DNA of 64,000 nt from Nitrospinota bacterium (GTDB lineage Bacteria > Nitrospinota > Nitrospinia > Nitrospinales > VA-1): the NCBI GenBank assembly GCA_014382285.1, contig JACNKA010000060.1, forward strand, positions 6,987-70,986, in the 5' to 3' direction. The position numbers and the translations under genes were made by a program. Under the pieces are notes generated by a model. That model was not told where the DNA came from. It made no database searches and saw only the letters and a program-made list of their open reading frames with translations. Positions 59,094 to 64,000 of the stretch are shown here, in pieces. How positions within the stretch are numbered: the stretch's first letter is position 1; each line of letters opens with the position of its first letter.

Positions 59094-59960
59094 ATGAAGC
59101 TACTCTACCCATTTGCCAAACGCTTTATAGCTGGGCCCGACCTCAGAACGGCTCTTCCCGCTATCCACAGCGTTAAAGAGTCTGGCTATTATTCATCCAT
59201 TGATATTCTGGGAGAAAGCGTTACCACCCGACCACAGGCAGAAGCGGCAAAAACCGAATACCTGAAGCTCTTTGAGTCACTCTGCAGCATCAACCATTCC
59301 TTTGATTTTTCCATCAAGCTCTCACAACTAGGTTTGGATATTGACCGAAGTTTCTGCACCGAAAATCTAAAGCAATTGGCACGGGCAATGGGCCAGCACA
59401 CAATCCGAATCGATATGGAAGGCTCCGCCCACACTCAAAACACGCTGGAAATTTGTGAGAAAGTGCATAAGACCTATCCTCATATTGGTCAGGCCATACA
59501 GGCTTATCTGTTTCGCTCTGAAAATGATGTTCGCCGTTGTATTGACAACGGGATATCCATAAGGCTTTGCAAAGGAGCTTACAAAGAATCTCCTGAGGTT
59601 GCCCTGCAATCGATGGATAAAATCAGGGCGAGCTTTTTCAAACTGGCCTGCCAACTGCTGAAAGATGGATATCAGCCGGCTATCGCAACCCATGACGAAA
59701 ACCTGCTGGTGGAACTTCTGGATTTCATACGCCACGAAAAGATTGATCCAGAATCCTTTTACTTCGAAATGTTGTATGGCGTCCGACGAGATATACAGAG
59801 AATACTTAAAGACAAGGGATATCGGGTAAGAGTCTATATCCCCTACGGAAGTGCATGGTTGCCTTATACCCTCCGCCGCCTGGCCGAAAAAAAAGAAAAC
59901 CTGCTTTTTGTGATCACCCATCTCTTTAGAGAAACTTTTGGCTTAAGAAAGCTACGCTGA
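59094..59960 (+). CDS. Monofunctional proline dehydrogenase
   Basis: RFIAG, DILGE, SIKLSQLG, IDME, QAYL, RLCKGAY, ATHD, YTLRRLAE. Confidence 0.92.
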   Translation: MKLLYPFAKRFIAGPDLRTALPAIHSVKESGYYSSIDILGESVTTRPQAEAAKTEYLKLFESLCSINHSFDFSIKLSQLGLDIDRSFCTENLKQLARAMGQHTIRIDMEGSAHTQNTLEICEKVHKTYPHIGQAIQAYLFRSENDVRRCIDNGISIRLCKGAYKESPEVALQSMDKIRASFFKLACQLLKDGYQPAIATHDENLLVELLDFIRHEKIDPESFYFEMLYGVRRDIQRILKDKGYRVRVYIPYGSAWLPYTLRRLAEKKENLLFVITHLFRETFGLRKLR

Positions 59961-59992
59961 CCAATGCCGGGAAATTGCGAACCAGAGCAGGA

Positions 59993-60781
59993 TTAAGCCC
60001 TCAAACGGTTCACATAACGGATGGTTTCCTGAGAATACTTCCCGGTAACTTGTGGAAGCACCTGTGCCACTTGATCCCAGGTTTTGACCGGTTCATTGGA
60101 AATTTTATTAATCGCCTTAGCGATGTTTCCCATTCCGGCATTGTAGGCTCCGGCAGCAAAGTTCCACGCTTCATCCTCGGCGATTCCTTGCATTTGGTAT
60201 TTGTCATAAAGTTTTTTCAGATAACGGGCAGATGCATCCAAGTTTGACTCAGCGTGCCAGACCGAACCCGGGGTCTTGTCACCGTCAAGAGTCAGCCCCA
60301 GTTCCTTGGCTGTCTCTGGCATGATCTGACCCAGCCCCATTGCTCCTCTGGGACTCAGAGCTTCAGGGTCATATCCTGACTCTGTTTGAATAAGTTTTTG
60401 GAACAGCGTTGCAGGAATAGAGTTCTTAGCAGCAACACGAACTGACAACTCCTTAAGAGAAGGTCTACTCAGGTTTTGCCCATCCTCTATTCTCTTTGCC
60501 ACCTCATAAGACTTCAAAACGTGTTGAGAATTAATGCTTGACTGAAATTTTTGCTCGGCACCAAAAACTTTTAATTTAAGAAGGGCTTTCGAAAGAGCGA
60601 ATGGATCGATATCCAGCGCCGAAGGTCCGCTTGGTGGACTCCAAGCCCGAATCATTTCCAGTTGGTGTTTAATCAATACAGAATAAAAAGGATCGCCCGT
60701 GTTTGTGCTCCTTTCCATCTTAACAGGATCAACAGAATCCAACTTATTCGAACTTTTCAGATAAAAGTCAAGGTTCAGCAC
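59993..60781 (-). CDS. Lytic transglycosylase (SLT domain)
   Basis: QTES, SPRGAMGLGQIMP, AYNAG, ETIRYV. GTG 60781 has a GGAG RBS. Confidence 0.9.
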   Translation of the reverse strand: MLNLDFYLKSSNKLDSVDPVKMERSTNTGDPFYSVLIKHQLEMIRAWSPPSGPSALDIDPFALSKALLKLKVFGAEQKFQSSINSQHVLKSYEVAKRIEDGQNLSRPSLKELSVRVAAKNSIPATLFQKLIQTESGYDPEALSPRGAMGLGQIMPETAKELGLTLDGDKTPGSVWHAESNLDASARYLKKLYDKYQMQGIAEDEAWNFAAGAYNAGMGNIAKAINKISNEPVKTWDQVAQVLPQVTGKYSQETIRYVNRLRA

Positions 60782-60830
60782 TGAAATCTCCAGACAATAA
60801 TTTGACACAATCACCTTTTGATCTCAATTC

Positions 60831-60847
60831 AGCAAAGCCCATGCCAA
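60831..60847 (-). promoter_or_regulatory. Sigma54 promoter of the SLT gene
   Basis: Minus strand TTGGCATGGGCTTTGCT (GG-N10-GC). Confidence 0.7.
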
Positions 60848-61037
60848 AACTGGTTTTCTGGATCAGTTGCAAGTATAATTTGCCCCTAAAAAAATTGGCC
60901 TTTCCGATAAGCAAGATGAAGTCGGCACTACCGCCCATATCCATAAAATTATTTTACACCTTCACAAGATGTCTATAAATATGTACAAACTGCCATTTAA
61001 CCAGCAAATAAGTCATCGATAACAAAACCATATCTCC

Positions 61038-61053
61038 AAGTATTTAAATACTT
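61038..61053. promoter_or_regulatory. Perfect 16-bp palindrome, possible protein-binding site
   Basis: AAGTATTTAAATACTT between two divergent sigma54 motifs. Confidence 0.4.
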
Positions 61054-61080
61054 AATTACAAAGAAGAATAACCAGTAAGT

Positions 61081-61097
61081 TTGGCGCAGATATTGCT
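61081..61097 (+). promoter_or_regulatory. Sigma54 promoter facing the receiver-domain gene
   Basis: TTGGCGCAGATATTGCT (GG-N10-GC). Confidence 0.65.
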
Positions 61098-61333
61098 ATT
61101 TACTATTATGATAGTGATTTGAAAGATTTTTTTCCTCGGATATCTCCCTTCTCATACCGAAATTTCTGGTAATATTAGGAACTCTTGAAAAATATATCTT
61201 TAGAAAAACACAATCATGCCGAATTAGCAGAGGTGTGTGCTTTAGCAAAAGCACTTCAAGGGTTAACCTGATAGTGCCAGGCCTCATCTGCACTCAGGAA
61301 TATTAAGAGCAGGTGTCTACGATCTACAATACT

Positions 61334-61708
61334 ATGAACATACTAGTTACAGACGATATTGAAGATTCCAGAGCCATACTGAAAGCACTGCTTGAGGAAA
61401 AAGAGCATACTGTAGTGACCGCACCAAACGGTAAGGTTGCTCTGGACATGATCAAAGAATCGTTGCCAGACATGATCGTCACAGATATTTTGATGCCTGA
61501 AATGGACGGATTTGAACTATGTCGACGAGTTAGAGCCAGGCCAGACTGGAGTGGTGTGATCATCATAGTTTACACTGGCTACTACAAATCACCGGCGGAT
61601 GTAGAACTTGGGTATGCGCTGGGAGCAAATGAATATATCATCAAACCACAAGAGCCTGAGATATTCTTAAACCTGATCGAAAATGCCATCAAAGAGCATA
61701 AAAAATAG
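61334..61708 (+). CDS. Single-domain response regulator
   Basis: ILVTDD, TDILMPEMDG, YIIKP. Confidence 0.9.
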   Translation: MNILVTDDIEDSRAILKALLEEKEHTVVTAPNGKVALDMIKESLPDMIVTDILMPEMDGFELCRRVRARPDWSGVIIIVYTGYYKSPADVELGYALGANEYIIKPQEPEIFLNLIENAIKEHKK

Positions 61709-61732
61709 GGGCCACCCTGCTCTGCCACCCGC

Positions 61733-62617
61733 TCAGTCTAAACCCGCCGCCCGAGCCTGCTGGTCTGCCAGATAAGAACTCCGCACAAGAGGCCCTGCCT
61801 CCACATGATTCAGGCCTAACGATTCGCCAATCTCCTTATATTCTACAAACCGGTCGGGGTGAATGAACTCGCTGACTTCCATATGAGCCGGGGAAGGCCT
61901 GAGATATTGCCCAATTGAAAGAATTTGACACCCCACCTCGACAAGATCCTTCATCGCTTGAATCACTTCTTCTTTTTTTTCTCCCAAACCCAACATGAGT
62001 CCACTCTTGACGATCGTCTTCTCGGTTTCTGCCGCTATTTTTAAAGTTTTCAGGGACCATTCGTAGCGGCATTGGGGACGCGCTTGCCTTTGCAAAGATT
62101 CAACTGTTTCCAGATTGTGAGCCAGCACGTCAGGCCGGGCTTCGCACACTTGACGGATGAGACCTGTTTTTCCCTGAAAATCCGGAATCAACGTCTCAAT
62201 TTTAATATTCGGGCAACGACTTCTAATAGCCATAATGGTTTTAACCCAATGCCCTGCCCCGCCATCCGGCAGATCATCACGATCCACAGAAGTTATGACT
62301 GCAAACTTTAAATTCAATCGAGAGAGAGAGCCCGCAACCTTATCGGGCTCGTCAGGGTCAGGTAGGTTCAGGTGCCCTGTGGCTACATCGCAAAATCGAC
62401 AGGCCCGGGTACAGGTATCTCCCAGAATCATAAAAGTCAGCGTGCCCGCATCCCAACAGGAACCTATGTTAGGGCACGATGCTGACTCGCAAACCGTGTT
62501 CAACCCGCTTTCTTTTAAAAGGGATTTTAATTGAAAAAACTTACGGGTCCCAGGAAGCTTGGTCTTTAACCAGTGCGGCAACCTTTTATGCTGGTATTTG
62601 GTGATTGGATTGCTCAT
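61733..62617 (-). CDS. lipA: Lipoyl synthase
   Basis: VCESASCPNIGSCW, CTRACRFC, TSVDRDDL, VRSSY. Start placed at ATG 62617. Confidence 0.97.
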   Translation of the reverse strand: MSNPITKYQHKRLPHWLKTKLPGTRKFFQLKSLLKESGLNTVCESASCPNIGSCWDAGTLTFMILGDTCTRACRFCDVATGHLNLPDPDEPDKVAGSLSRLNLKFAVITSVDRDDLPDGGAGHWVKTIMAIRSRCPNIKIETLIPDFQGKTGLIRQVCEARPDVLAHNLETVESLQRQARPQCRYEWSLKTLKIAAETEKTIVKSGLMLGLGEKKEEVIQAMKDLVEVGCQILSIGQYLRPSPAHMEVSEFIHPDRFVEYKEIGESLGLNHVEAGPLVRSSYLADQQARAAGLD

Positions 62618-62745
62618 TAAAATAAAAGGGTGAGGTGTAATACAGAAGTCGGGATGTAGTATAATGTTAGAGTTTATAAAAAGAAACCCTTCGTTTCTAT
62701 ACTCAATAGCTCCAGCCAATTTTCACATCAGTCAAAAGCCATCCC

Positions 62746-64000
62746 ATGTTTTTCAAGACTATTGATAGATATATATTAAGAGAATTGTTGAAGATTTTCC
62801 TGATCAGTATCTTCGCCATGACAATGATCCTCTATCTCGATAAATTTCTGTTTATCGCTGAAATGATCGTTAATCGCGGCGTTTCTTTCATGGAAATGAT
62901 GATGATGATGGTCTATATATCTCCTGCTTTTTTTGCTATCACCATTCCCATGGCAGTCCTCATGGCTTCTGTAGTTACATTCAACCAGTTTTCAGCCAAT
63001 AATGAGTGGGTTGCCATGAAGTCTTGCAACTGGAGTTTTATGGAGTTAATGAAACCCGTTCTATTTTTTTCGTTATTCGCATATTTTATGGCCAATATCG
63101 TAATGTTCTGGGCTCTCCCCTGGGGCAATCAGTCCTACAAAATTCTGGTTTATGACATCATTAAGAACCGGGCCAATATAGACATTCAACCTAACGTCTT
63201 CAATCGGGACTTTAAAAACCTGATTCTTCTGGTTAAAGAGCACCATCAAAATTCATTGCTCAAAGGTGTGTTCATCGCCGACACCAGTAACCCGAAAGCC
63301 CCACAAATTATCACCTCCGAACAGGGAGTCATATTTCCAAATCCGGAGACCCTCAAAATCCAACTTAAACTCAACAATGGAACCATTCATGAATTGAGCA
63401 ATGAAAGAGGCGACTATCAAACTTTGAATTTTGACCGTTATGATATCAATCTCAGCCTCCCAGATACTGAAAGGCTGGAGAAGGAAGCCCTTGTTGGGAA
63501 CCGAGAACTATCGTACACAAAAATCAAAGAGAAGATCAAGGATATGAAAACAAAAGGGCTCCCCACCTCTGGGCCAGAGGTGGAATTGAGCAAAAAATTC
63601 TCCATCCCCTTCACTTGTCTTCTCTTTGCATTTCTCGGAGCCCCACTCGGTATTAAATCAAGCCGGTCGGGTAAATCAGGCAGCTTTGGAGTCACCGTAG
63701 CTGTTATCATGGTTTATTATATCGGGCTCATTATGACCCAGAATCTGGGGAGAATTGGCAAAATTCATGCTTACACTTCTGTATGGATACCCAATATAAT
63801 CCTGGTTTTTGTAGTTGTTTATGTGGTCTATAAAATGCAAAAGGAGTTGCCGTTCAAATTCTTCGAGAGCTTCATCGATTTCATCGTAACGGTTGTTGAA
63901 TTCTTCAAAAACTTGTTTGGAAAAACAAATAAGAAACCAACCAGAAAAATTATGGCAACGAAAAAACCCATCACACCCCGCCCCTCTCTAGAGGGAATAG
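62746..64000 (+). CDS. lptF: LptF/LptG family permease, runs off the 3' end (absent from the ORF track)
   Basis: MFFKTIDRYILRELL, TIPMAVL, FSANNEWVAMK, APLG, WIPN; no stop before 64000. Confidence 0.85.
   Translation, partial: MFFKTIDRYILRELLKIFLISIFAMTMILYLDKFLFIAEMIVNRGVSFMEMMMMMVYISPAFFAITIPMAVLMASVVTFNQFSANNEWVAMKSCNWSFMELMKPVLFFSLFAYFMANIVMFWALPWGNQSYKILVYDIIKNRANIDIQPNVFNRDFKNLILLVKEHHQNSLLKGVFIADTSNPKAPQIITSEQGVIFPNPETLKIQLKLNNGTIHELSNERGDYQTLNFDRYDINLSLPDTERLEKEALVGNRELSYTKIKEKIKDMKTKGLPTSGPEVELSKKFSIPFTCLLFAFLGAPLGIKSSRSGKSGSFGVTVAVIMVYYIGLIMTQNLGRIGKIHAYTSVWIPNIILVFVVVYVVYKMQKELPFKFFESFIDFIVTVVEFFKNLFGKTNKKPTRKIMATKKPITPRPSLEGI

Noticed and set aside
61180..61275. 28-codon TTG ORF (MKNISLEKHNHAEL...) in the leader of the receiver gene
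   Set aside because: Weak start, poor SD spacing and no recognisable features; cannot be supported.
1..64000. The many short overlapping or antisense ORFs in the supplied track; also CRISPR arrays, transposases, prophage and defence genes
   Set aside because: The shadow ORFs lie within well-supported genes and show no motifs. No repeat-spacer array, integrase, transposase or defence-domain protein was seen.

Overview
Gene-dense bacterial chromosome segment, mostly housekeeping. Gene content and the style of the hypothetical proteins suggest a Nitrospinota/deltaproteobacteria-like lineage; this is an inference I cannot verify here. In order it carries: the end of an FDH-like NuoG plus nuoD; tatA; PBP1a facing an LpoA-like protein; a sigma54 activator; argG; pgi-tal-glk; alaC-hom-thrC-(FGE-domain)-trxB; uppP; a eukaryote-type UDP-glucose pyrophosphorylase; a glutathione peroxidase between two paralogous unknown genes; nnr-tsaE-lptCAB-rpoN-hpf-ptsN-ptsI-metK; tig, ispG; a Yej-type ABC transporter; msrAB; a soluble PAS/GAF two-component pair; lipA; and the start of lptF. 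I found no rRNA, tRNA, CRISPR array, transposase or phage gene. The best candidates for undescribed biology are: (1) a stand-alone secreted-protein gene (24308-24736) under an rRNA-operon-like expression module (near-consensus sigma70 promoter with 16-bp spacer, ~220-nt structured leader, boxB-like hairpin then boxA); (2) an uncharacterised paralog pair bracketing a GPx with a hydrophobic insert; (3) an unannotated 30-aa membrane peptide ahead of a soluble kinase; (4) two candidate structured RNAs; (5) three sigma54 promoters, one ahead of the operon containing rpoN.
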